A program made the position numbers and the translations under genes. This document shows positions 43,452 to 52,154 of a DNA stretch of 64,000 nucleotides, piece by piece. The notes below the pieces were generated by a model. It did no database searches. It was not told the origin of the DNA and saw only the letters and a list, made by a program, of their open reading frames with translations. Within the stretch, counting starts at the first letter, position 1; every line of letters begins with the position of its first letter. This stretch comes from Chitinophaga pinensis (GTDB lineage Bacteria; Bacteroidota; Bacteroidia; M30B66): contig CAMCXT010000011.1 of the NCBI GenBank assembly GCA_945883545.1, positions 2,652-66,651 on the forward strand, in the 5' to 3' direction.

Positions 43452-44258
43452 TTATTTGCTGAATTCATTCAAGATTACAGCGCGTAACTCTTCGTTAATA
43501 TGGCCATTTCCAGCCAGAAGTTCTTTGCCGAAAATAAAATCATCTCCTCCTGAATAATCGGTAACCAATCCACCGGCTTGTTTTACGATAAATGCCCCAC
43601 CTGCAACGTCCCAAGGGCTTAATCCGTATTCATAGAAAGCTTCAAATCGCCCACAAGCCACATAAGCCAAGTCGATGGCTGCCGAACCTAGCCTTCTAAC
43701 ACCGTGTGACTTTCGCAATAAACTGATAAATAATTGCATCCAAGCTTCAAGCCGGCCTTCATCTCTGTATGGGAACCCTGTAACCAGAAGAGAATCTTTC
43801 AATAAATTTCTGTTCGATACTTTGATTTCCTTCCCATTGAGCATCGCTTTTCCACCTTCAACCGCATAAAAGCATTCTTCATGACTCACTTCATACACAA
43901 CACCAAGCACAGTTTTCTTCTTGAACATCAAGGCGATACTGATGCTAAACAGTGGCAAGCCATGGATGAAATTGGTTGTACCATCAATGGGATCGATGAT
44001 CCAAAGAAAGTCTCGGTCTTCTTCAGCAACAGTTTTTTCTTCGGTCAGAAAGCCACAATCGGGAAGGAGTGCCTTCAATTCACTCACCAATAGGGTTTCA
44101 GCGGCTTTGTCGACATACGTTACAAAGTCGTTTACACCCTTCGATTCGATGCCATTTTGGGTAAGTCTAGATTGCTCCAAACGGATGAATTTCCCAACCT
44201 GCTTGCAAAGATTATTGACCTCTTCAACGAGGGAATTGAGGTTAGGAAAGTTTTCCAT
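43452..44258 (-). CDS. suhB: Inositol monophosphatase family protein
   Basis: DFVTYVD, WIIDPIDGTTNF, RRLGSAAIDL, WDVAGG; start approximate, overlaps lgt end. Confidence 0.9.
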   Translation of the reverse strand: MENFPNLNSLVEEVNNLCKQVGKFIRLEQSRLTQNGIESKGVNDFVTYVDKAAETLLVSELKALLPDCGFLTEEKTVAEEDRDFLWIIDPIDGTTNFIHGLPLFSISIALMFKKKTVLGVVYEVSHEECFYAVEGGKAMLNGKEIKVSNRNLLKDSLLVTGFPYRDEGRLEAWMQLFISLLRKSHGVRRLGSAAIDLAYVACGRFEAFYEYGLSPWDVAGGAFIVKQAGGLVTDYSGGDDFIFGKELLAGNGHINEELRAVILNEFSK

Positions 44259-45408
44259 TTTGGAGTGCATGTTGATTTTTTCTGGTGTACCAAACGCCGA
44301 AAATACCAAGGATGATAAGCGCAGAAGAGATCAACTGAGCTTGCGTCACTTCCATTCCCATGATATGATAAAGTGAATTTACCCTGATGCTTTCAATGAG
44401 AAAACGTTCAGTGCCATTCATGATGAGGTAAATACTGAATAGCATTCCTGGGATATTGATTTTTTTTCTGATTCCCCAAAGGATAGAAAACAACGCAATA
44501 GCCATGAGAGTTTCATAAAATGAGGTTGGATAAACAGGCTCAGGAAGTTCGCTGCACCATCTTCCAACGCAACCAGGAATCGGAACACCTTCATTGTTTA
44601 CGTTGTGCGGGAATTTGAACGACCACATCCAATCTGGAAGTATCGACATCCAATTGGGTTTCGGTGCAGTATTTACAATTCCCCAATCTCCATCTCCCGA
44701 CACTTGGCATCCAACGCGACCGATTCCGTAGGAAATCATCAAAGCCGGAGCGGCAGCATCGCACAAGTAAAGTGGTTTGATTCCCTGTTTCTTTCCATAA
44801 CGAATGATCAGAAACGCAGCAACGATAAGGCCACCGTAAAATGTAAGTCCCGAGAATGAAAGCAGCGCTCCAATGGGATCTGCCATAAATTCTTGAGGAT
44901 TTTCGAGGTTGTGAAAGATTTTTGCGCCAACCAAGCCTCCAACAACACCATATAAAATGATGTTTCCTAGATGGTCGATTGCATTAATCTCTTCGGTCAC
45001 TATTTTTGGTTGAGGCAATAACGCAGCCTTTACTTCTCGGTACTTCCAATACACTAGGCCTATTGCTCCAGCAATCCCACCCAACCAAGATCCTTCGCTC
45101 GAAAGCAACATTTCTTGTGGATTATCTGCAAACAAACTGTAATTGCTTAGGAGATAAACGAACTTAAATCCTGCAATAAAACCTCCGATGGCATTTAGCA
45201 CATACTCGATAGGATTTGCGGGAGCTCCAACTGTACGTTGGCGTTTAGTGGGTTGAATGAGCCCTTCGGCCTGCTTTCTTTTCAATTCTTTCCCAAGAAA
45301 ATAAGCTGCAACGGCGAATGCCATAGCAACAAAAAATCCAAAGGTTTGAATGGGAAGTTTCAGGTCGATTCCCAATGTTTTTAAAAACTCACTAATGGTT
45401 GGGTACAT
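44242..45408 (-). CDS. lgt: Prolipoprotein diacylglyceryl transferase (long form)
   Basis: GAKIFH, GLTFYGG, YGIGRVGC..GDGDWG, YPTSFYE, RFLIESIR. Confidence 0.88.
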   Translation of the reverse strand: MYPTISEFLKTLGIDLKLPIQTFGFFVAMAFAVAAYFLGKELKRKQAEGLIQPTKRQRTVGAPANPIEYVLNAIGGFIAGFKFVYLLSNYSLFADNPQEMLLSSEGSWLGGIAGAIGLVYWKYREVKAALLPQPKIVTEEINAIDHLGNIILYGVVGGLVGAKIFHNLENPQEFMADPIGALLSFSGLTFYGGLIVAAFLIIRYGKKQGIKPLYLCDAAAPALMISYGIGRVGCQVSGDGDWGIVNTAPKPNWMSILPDWMWSFKFPHNVNNEGVPIPGCVGRWCSELPEPVYPTSFYETLMAIALFSILWGIRKKINIPGMLFSIYLIMNGTERFLIESIRVNSLYHIMGMEVTQAQLISSALIILGIFGVWYTRKNQHALQNGKLS

Positions 45409-45419
45409 AATGGTTTGAT

Positions 45420-46754
45420 TCAGGCCTTTGCCATCGTTTGATCAATCGAAAGTTCTAAGTGTTCCACAGAGCCAATTCCATCTTCTTGTATGGCAGTTAT
45501 TTCAGCAAATCTGATTTGGTTGATCAACTCAGGATTCCAAGCTGTTCTTACTTTGATATAGTTGCTGGTGAAGCCATACATTTCACCTTCTGTCTTTTCA
45601 CCTTCCCACAACACCGGATACTTTCGTCCAACATGCTTCAGATAAAACGAACGCTTTTTCTTTTCAGAAAGGATCCTTAACATCTGACTTCTTTCGGCTC
45701 TTGTTTTCTGATCCACAACTCCTGCCATCGAAACTGCATGTGTGTTGTCTCTTTCTGAATACGTGAAAACGTGCAAGTAGGAGATAGGTAGTTCGTTGAG
45801 GTATTGATAGGTCTCCAAAAAGTCTTCGATCGTTTCTCCCGGAAAGCCAACAATCACATCCACGCCAATGCAAGCATCTGGCATCGTTTGGAGGATGCTT
45901 TCTACACGCTGCGTATACAATTCACGCTGATAGCGGCGGCGCATCAAGCGAAGTATTTTATTACTTCCCGACTGAAGTGGGATATGAAAATGAGGAACGA
46001 ATTTTTTTGAGCTCGCACAGAATGAAATAATCTCGTCGCTCAATAAATTAGGTTCGATAGATGAGATTCGGAAACGACTTACACCATCTAATTCATCTAA
46101 GCCTTTTACTAAGTCGAAGAAAGATTCATCATTGTATCGACCAAAGTCGCCAGTGTTTACTCCTGTAAGAACGATTTCTGAAGGATGGCTTTCGGAAATG
46201 ATTTTTCGAGCTGCTTCGAGTGTTGATGCAACCGTTTCGCTTCTGCTTTTGCCGCGAGCCAGAGGAATCGTGCAGAAGGCACAAGAGTAATCGCAACCAT
46301 CTTGAACTTTAAAGAAGGTTCGGGTGCGATCGTCCTTTGAATATGATGGAACGAATTGATTCACATCATGGATCTCACACGCATGAATTTCTGTTTCAAC
46401 ATTTTTCTTGAACTCCGAGATATAGTTCGGCAGATTGAACTTTTCGGCAGCACCTAAAACCAAATCTACACCTGGAATATTCGCAATTTCTTGAGGCTTC
46501 AGTTGAGCATAACAGCCAATAATGGCAATAAATGCATCAGGATTTACTTTCAGTGCTTTGCTTACCAACGATTTACACTTCTTGTCGGCATTTTCAGTAA
46601 CAGAGCAAGTGTTGATCACGTAAACATCTGGCTGATCTTCAAATTCGACCTTCTCATAGCCATGATCTCGAAAAGATCTGGCAATGGTGGAAGTCTCTGA
46701 AAAGTTCAGTTTGCAACCGAGGGTGTAAAAAGAAACTCTGCCTGCGCGATTCAT
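45420..46754 (-). CDS. mtaB: tRNA t6A37 methylthiotransferase MtaB
   Basis: TLGCKLNFSET, NTCSVTENAD, KVQDGCDYSCAFC; ATG 46754 follows a TACTTTTG promoter. Confidence 0.92.
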   Translation of the reverse strand: MNRAGRVSFYTLGCKLNFSETSTIARSFRDHGYEKVEFEDQPDVYVINTCSVTENADKKCKSLVSKALKVNPDAFIAIIGCYAQLKPQEIANIPGVDLVLGAAEKFNLPNYISEFKKNVETEIHACEIHDVNQFVPSYSKDDRTRTFFKVQDGCDYSCAFCTIPLARGKSRSETVASTLEAARKIISESHPSEIVLTGVNTGDFGRYNDESFFDLVKGLDELDGVSRFRISSIEPNLLSDEIISFCASSKKFVPHFHIPLQSGSNKILRLMRRRYQRELYTQRVESILQTMPDACIGVDVIVGFPGETIEDFLETYQYLNELPISYLHVFTYSERDNTHAVSMAGVVDQKTRAERSQMLRILSEKKKRSFYLKHVGRKYPVLWEGEKTEGEMYGFTSNYIKVRTAWNPELINQIRFAEITAIQEDGIGSVEHLELSIDQTMAKA

Positions 46755-46889
46755 AAGGGCTGCAAAAGTAAGCAATATTTTGGCCCGTTTTACTGCATTA
46801 TGGAATCGAATTGCTTGCCATCGATAAATTTATGTTGTTGATAATTAGTTCGTTAATGTATTTGATGAGCAATTCTTTTCTATCACCTC

Positions 46890-46919
46890 TTGCGTGAAAA
46901 CTGAATTAGACTACATTTG
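46890..46919 (+). promoter_or_regulatory. Promoter of tRNA-Glu/rpsT
   Basis: TTG(46890-46892)-N19-TACATTTG(46912-46919). Confidence 0.8.
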
Positions 46920-46937
46920 CAGTCCAAATTCAAAAAT

Positions 46938-47009
<72 letters not shown>

Positions 47010-47023
47010 CTAGAAAAAATAAA

Positions 47024-47278
47024 ATGGCAAATCATAAGTCAGCAATCAAGCGTATCCGCTCTAACGAAACTAAGCGTTTGAGTAACCGCTATTTTCATAA
47101 AACAACTAGAAATGCAATGAAGAAATTGCGTCTTACTTCTAACAAGTCGGATGCTTCTACATTGTTGGTTGAAGTGAGCTCAATGCTCGACAAACTCGCT
47201 AAACGTAATGTGATTCATAAGAACAAAGCGGGTAACCTAGTTGGTAAATTGACCCGTCACGTTAACGCACTTTCTTAA
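47024..47278 (+). CDS. rpsT: 30S ribosomal protein S20
   Basis: MANHKSAIKRIR, IHKNKA. Confidence 0.97.
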   Translation: MANHKSAIKRIRSNETKRLSNRYFHKTTRNAMKKLRLTSNKSDASTLLVEVSSMLDKLAKRNVIHKNKAGNLVGKLTRHVNALS

Positions 47279-47298
47279 TCTAATAAAGATTTAAGAGC

Positions 47299-47332
47299 AA
47301 CGCCCCTTCAGTAAGCTGATGGGGCGTTTTTT
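47299..47332 (+). terminator. Intrinsic terminator after rpsT
   Basis: AACGCCCC-TTCAG-TAAG-CTGAT-GGGGCGTT followed by TTTT. Confidence 0.85.
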
Positions 47333-47387
47333 ATTTTTCGGGCCGCAAAGAAATCAGGAATATCAATTCTGATTCTAAGACTTGAAT

Positions 47388-49775
47388 TTATTTGAATTTA
47401 ACCGTCAGCTCAACTCGACGGTTTCTTTGTTTACCAGCATCTGTATCATTGCTTTCTAATGGTCGGGTTTCTCCGAACCATTCTGGTTTGATGCTTTTTT
47501 CTGTTACCCCACGATCAATCAGGTATTTCTGAATTGCCAATGCGCGATTCTTTGATAGCAGCATGTTCGACTCCGGCTTGCCCGAATTGTCGGTATGTCC
47601 CGAAATAATCAATTGCCAATTTGGTTTCTTCAATATTAATGTTGCGAGATTGTTGAGCGATTCAAACGACTCCGGTCGGATGATCGCTTTCCCAGATTCA
47701 AACTCGAGATTTTCGAAAGCAGTTTTCAGAATTTCGGTCTCTTCTTTTTTTAACTCCGGACATCCATTGTTTTCTATTGATCCCGGAACCGTTGGACATT
47801 TATCCAATACATCTGGAATCATGTCTTTGTCGGTATCGTCGTATGGACATCCTCTATTCACAACAGGGCCAGCAATTTCAGGGCAATCGTCTTGCTCGTC
47901 TTTCAAGCCATCCTTGTCTTTGTCCATTTCAGGGCAACCGTTTCTCTCCTTCGGACCTGCCAATTCAGGGCAATTGTCGGTTTGATCGGGCAGGCTATCT
48001 CCATCTGAATCTGGACATCCACCAAAAATCTTCAAACCTTTTCGGTCTGGGCATTCATCTTCTTTGTCTGGAATTGAATCTAAATCCCGATCAGGACAAC
48101 CTTTAAACATTTTTAATCCTAATGTAGTTGGGCATTCATCTTCCATATCTGGGATAGAATCTTCATCACGGTCGGGACAGCCTTTTAGGTATTTCAACCC
48201 AGCAATGTCGGGGCAAAGGTCTAGCTTGTCAATAACCAGATCTCCATCTTTATCTGGACATCCATTCAAAATAGCTAAACCAGGTTCCAGTGGGCAATCA
48301 TCCTGATTATCTGAAATGCCATCCTTATCTCGGTCTGGGCATCCATTCATCTCTATCGAACCTGCTTCATCCGGGCAACTGTCTTTTTTATTAGGAATTC
48401 CATCTCGGTCATTGTCGCAATAATCTGGGCGATCCTTTTCATAGTCGGAAACGAATGTAATTCCTGCTCTAAGGTGAAGGCTGCGCGTATTGTATTGACC
48501 GAAAATCCCCAAAATATTATCGGTTGCCAAGTGTATCTGTGTTAAGCCCAGGTTGAAGGTAAAGCCGGTGCCTAAATTTGATACAGTATTGTTCAGGTAA
48601 GACCAGTTTGCATTGAATTCTAAAATGCCATTGAAGCGCTTAGTGTATCCGATTGAGGCAGCGGGTTGAAATTTACCACGGAAAAATCTCCCCATTACGA
48701 GGAGTGATAGATCGTTGCTTTTGTTGTAGGTATATCTTGAAGTGAGATAAATTCTCGAAGGAAGTTTGGTCGAATAGCTTTCGTTTCGCTCTTTAATGCT
48801 GAAGATTTCAGAAAGCGAATCAAGTAAATTTTGAAAACTGTCTTGTAAACTATCAGTACTATTGATGAAAAACTGGTTGATCGGAACGCCTTTGAAAGTG
48901 AAGTCTTCGATCTGATTGTAGTAATTAACGGGTTTGTAATTCCATTGGATCCGCCCAATATCGAGGATGCTCAATCCGAAATTCAGTTGATCGTTGTATT
49001 GGTAAACAGCGCCCAAATCTGCAGCCCATCCGCGGTTACCGCGATCAAACAAATACGAAAAAGAACTTAACGAATCGGTGGTAAAACCATCTAGTCCTGA
49101 AGTGTTGATTAAGATATCTGAATTTCCGCTGAGGTCGAAAGTGATGTCATCCGTTCGGAAGTTGATATCGCTTTTGTCAACATCAATGTTCTCCATTCCA
49201 TAAAGCAACTTGGCCGAAATGCCTCCTCTGAGTTTACATCCGAAGTTTCTTGAAACTCCAATTGCATACTCCCGGTAATGTGTCAAATTCAGCCTCAGGT
49301 CGCCCAGATTTGTTGTTTCACCAATCGTAGGACCGTTTCCATAAACACCGAACTCAAAGAGCTCTTTTCTAAAACGACTACTGAATGCAAATTTTTCAGT
49401 GATGTTTGCCGATAAATAGTATTTGCCTTCAAGCCATCCGAAGTTGAGTAAATCTGTTTGTGCAAAAGCATTGATCGAAGGCTGATCGTTCATGTTACTT
49501 ATCAAGCCATCAAAGTCGAAGTAGATAGAATCGGTATTGGCCTTTTGGCGAATGAAATCCCGATAGGTAAAGCTGTTGTTGCCAAATGATGCTGAAGAGT
49601 TGGAAATCACAGGCAAGCCAATGTATAAATCCATTGCCGGCATTGTAGCAGGATTCAGACGCAAAGCATGCGGAGAGAAGGTTTGGTGAGCCAGCGTAAA
49701 ATCGTTCTGACAGGTTGCATCCGCTCCAATGAATGAGAAGCTTAACCACAAAAGGTTTCTTAAAAACTGTTGCAT
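47388..49775 (-). CDS. Outer-membrane protein: predicted beta-barrel (DUF5723-like) + thrombospondin type-3 repeats + OmpA-like peptidoglycan-binding domain
   Basis: Signal peptide, LNPA..P motif, amphipathic beta strands, eight DxDxD..DxCP repeats, LEFESGKA..GHTDNSG..LSKNRA..NRRVE. Confidence 0.8.
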   Translation of the reverse strand: MQQFLRNLLWLSFSFIGADATCQNDFTLAHQTFSPHALRLNPATMPAMDLYIGLPVISNSSASFGNNSFTYRDFIRQKANTDSIYFDFDGLISNMNDQPSINAFAQTDLLNFGWLEGKYYLSANITEKFAFSSRFRKELFEFGVYGNGPTIGETTNLGDLRLNLTHYREYAIGVSRNFGCKLRGGISAKLLYGMENIDVDKSDINFRTDDITFDLSGNSDILINTSGLDGFTTDSLSSFSYLFDRGNRGWAADLGAVYQYNDQLNFGLSILDIGRIQWNYKPVNYYNQIEDFTFKGVPINQFFINSTDSLQDSFQNLLDSLSEIFSIKERNESYSTKLPSRIYLTSRYTYNKSNDLSLLVMGRFFRGKFQPAASIGYTKRFNGILEFNANWSYLNNTVSNLGTGFTFNLGLTQIHLATDNILGIFGQYNTRSLHLRAGITFVSDYEKDRPDYCDNDRDGIPNKKDSCPDEAGSIEMNGCPDRDKDGISDNQDDCPLEPGLAILNGCPDKDGDLVIDKLDLCPDIAGLKYLKGCPDRDEDSIPDMEDECPTTLGLKMFKGCPDRDLDSIPDKEDECPDRKGLKIFGGCPDSDGDSLPDQTDNCPELAGPKERNGCPEMDKDKDGLKDEQDDCPEIAGPVVNRGCPYDDTDKDMIPDVLDKCPTVPGSIENNGCPELKKEETEILKTAFENLEFESGKAIIRPESFESLNNLATLILKKPNWQLIISGHTDNSGKPESNMLLSKNRALAIQKYLIDRGVTEKSIKPEWFGETRPLESNDTDAGKQRNRRVELTVKFK
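47757..48419 (-). repeat. Eight tandem TSP3-like Ca-binding repeats (about 27-29 aa each) in the coding sequence
   Basis: DNDRDGIPNKKDSCP, DRDKDGISDNQDDCP, DKDGDLVIDKLDLCP, DRDEDSIPDMEDECP, DRDLDSIPDKEDECP, DSDGDSLPDQTDNCP, DKDKDGLKDEQDDCP, DTDKDMIPDVLDKCP. Confidence 0.9.
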
Positions 49776-51448
49776 CAGAATGTTTTTCTTACTTGAATTC
49801 TTGCACCTAAACGCAACTGTAAACGATTGCTTTCAAATACTTTAACAATATCCAACGCCTGATTGAAGGTGGTGAATTCGGCAGTTATAAGTAGTGCATC
49901 GGCTTGCCCATCTACGATATTTGCCCACCGAATCCGATCTATTTCTGCATCGTTAATTCTTTGGGATGGCGTGGTTACCAAGCCAGAAGCATCTGTTAAT
50001 CCAGAAGCTAGAACAAGTCTATTTCCAGTATTGAACAATGAGTCTACTCTGGTGAGAGATACAGTTTGGCCTAAGCCATTCAAGTTTTTTCGGCAAAAGT
50101 AAATTTGAACTCGACTCTCAGTTGGGAAACCATTTAAGGTGTTGAGTCGGATCAATCCAGATTCGATGTCACTCGTGATATTGGCGAAATCAAAATCTAA
50201 GGTATCGACCAAAAGTAGTTTCAAGGTCAAGCCATTCAATGGAAGTTTCAAATCAGTTCGAATTCCAACTCTACTCGTATCGAATAAGAATCCCCATTCA
50301 GTTGGATTTACAGTGGGCGACAATGCGGCTTCGGTAACAATCGATCGAGGCAAGGCATTCACTACATTTTGAATATTGGAACCATTTGAAATATTAAGGT
50401 CAATAACCTGTGTTTCTGGCGCACTTGATAACAATCCTTGCGGAGGAAGAGTGATGGCTTGATTGTAATTTGATGCTTGAATTTGCGGAATGGAAAATCC
50501 AGGGCGAATGGCTTCGATATCGGTAATTACTATGTTCACTGGCAATCCAGTTGAATTGAATAGACTAACAGTTGCAGTTGGTGCTTCAAAATTCAATTCG
50601 AGAGCTTCAATGGCATTTCGAAAAATACCAACGAACATGGTGTCGCGCGTTGCGATAGGCATCTGTAATCCTGAGAAATAACCCGAAAGTCGCTTAAACT
50701 TCGGATCCACAATTTCCACTTCAGCTTGAAATTGGTTCGACGCTGGAATTGAGGCAGAATTGCTTCTTGTAACAGTGATGTAGAATTTTAGCTCAATATT
50801 TTCTGAACTACCAACGATAAAGGCCCCGTTTAGATTTCTACTAAGCTCGTTGGATAGGGGAGTGGTTCCAGACGAATTGAATGTTAAGTTCTGCGAAAAC
50901 ACTTGCCCATTGATGAAAAGCTGAGGGATTTCAGTACGAATGATACAGTTTTGTGGAACCTGTGATGTGATTTTTACATTGAGAATGCCTGATTTGAGGA
51001 ATGCAGTATCAAGCAAAGCTGCAGCGCTCAACTGATTGTCGAGACTATAACTGAAAGTAAATGAACTTGAATCGGTGATAGTGTTTCCTATGGTTGATAT
51101 CCCGTTGAATGCATTGGTATTGTTTGCATCTAACGATGGATTCACAGCCTCCGAGAATGCAGGAAGGGTAAGTAATTCTTCTCCCCGTTGGGTATAATTA
51201 AAGCTGGAGTAAATAATTTCAATGATGTTATTTGCACCAACACCAACGGTTACATCGCTATCCTTTTGTGTTGCGATATCTTGAATGCTTAAGTCTGAAA
51301 AAACAATCGGAAAGGCTAAATCAGGCGCCCACTCTGAATCTGAGAGTTTATTGAAATCGTCTTTCAGACAACCGCTCACAGCGAAAAGCACAAAGAGTAC
51401 CGCCGCGATTTTTGCAATGTTGTGGTTTAGGAAAATATATGGTTTCAA
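49775..51448 (-). CDS. Uncharacterised beta-rich lipoprotein
   Basis: Lipobox VSG-C followed by LKDD; stop overlaps the next ATG (TGATG); TTG start. Confidence 0.75.
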   Translation of the reverse strand: MKPYIFLNHNIAKIAAVLFVLFAVSGCLKDDFNKLSDSEWAPDLAFPIVFSDLSIQDIATQKDSDVTVGVGANNIIEIIYSSFNYTQRGEELLTLPAFSEAVNPSLDANNTNAFNGISTIGNTITDSSSFTFSYSLDNQLSAAALLDTAFLKSGILNVKITSQVPQNCIIRTEIPQLFINGQVFSQNLTFNSSGTTPLSNELSRNLNGAFIVGSSENIELKFYITVTRSNSASIPASNQFQAEVEIVDPKFKRLSGYFSGLQMPIATRDTMFVGIFRNAIEALELNFEAPTATVSLFNSTGLPVNIVITDIEAIRPGFSIPQIQASNYNQAITLPPQGLLSSAPETQVIDLNISNGSNIQNVVNALPRSIVTEAALSPTVNPTEWGFLFDTSRVGIRTDLKLPLNGLTLKLLLVDTLDFDFANITSDIESGLIRLNTLNGFPTESRVQIYFCRKNLNGLGQTVSLTRVDSLFNTGNRLVLASGLTDASGLVTTPSQRINDAEIDRIRWANIVDGQADALLITAEFTTFNQALDIVKVFESNRLQLRLGARIQVRKTF

Positions 51449-51500
51449 GTTTCTGCCAGATTGGTTTTGGAAAATTAGACAAATTTTCTGGCGCAGTGTT

Positions 51501-52112
51501 TCAGATAAACAGTTGAAGTTGTTTGTTTTTCAACGTAAAGGTTTTCCTGTGATAGCAAGTTATTCCATGCGATTCGATGGCCTTTCTGTGAATTTCGGTG
51601 CCGTAACCTTTGTTTTTATCCCAACCGTAATCACCAAATTCTCCATGGAGTTTTTTCATTAATTCGTCGCGATAGGTTTTGGCCAGAACAGATGCGGCTG
51701 CTATATGAAGAAACTTCCCATCACCCTCTACAATAGTTTGGTGTTGAATTTCTTGGTAAGGCTTAAACCTATTTCCATCAATCAATAAAAATGCAGGCGA
51801 TAATTTCAACCCGCTAATAGCTCTGTGCATGGCTAGAAATGTAGCCTGAAGGATATTTATCTGGTCTATTTCTTCTGCACTCGCCTCAGCAATGCAATAC
51901 GCTAGTGCTTCTTTTCGAATAACCTCCTGAAGAATATCGCGATTTTTTTCCGTCATCTTTTTTGAGTCGTTCAACAATGGATGGGAAAAGTCTTCAGGTA
52001 GAATAACAGCCGCTGCAACTACAGGACCAGCCAAACAGCCACGACCTGCCTCGTCTACTCCAGCTTCGGGTGAACTCATTTGGAATCTAGGTAGTAACAT
52101 GTGTTTCTCCAT
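51501..52112 (-). CDS. rnhB: Ribonuclease HII
   Basis: GVDEAGRGCLAGPV, LNDSKK, IAAASVLAK, KGYGT. Confidence 0.96.
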   Translation of the reverse strand: MEKHMLLPRFQMSSPEAGVDEAGRGCLAGPVVAAAVILPEDFSHPLLNDSKKMTEKNRDILQEVIRKEALAYCIAEASAEEIDQINILQATFLAMHRAISGLKLSPAFLLIDGNRFKPYQEIQHQTIVEGDGKFLHIAAASVLAKTYRDELMKKLHGEFGDYGWDKNKGYGTEIHRKAIESHGITCYHRKTFTLKNKQLQLFI

Positions 52113-52154
52113 CGGCTTGGGTGGTAAATTTCAGAAATTTCTTAATATTGAGCT

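Noticed and set aside
47757..48419. Periodic DNA repeats resembling a CRISPR array
   Set aside because: Degenerate, in-frame and fully explained by TSP3 protein repeats; no cas genes.
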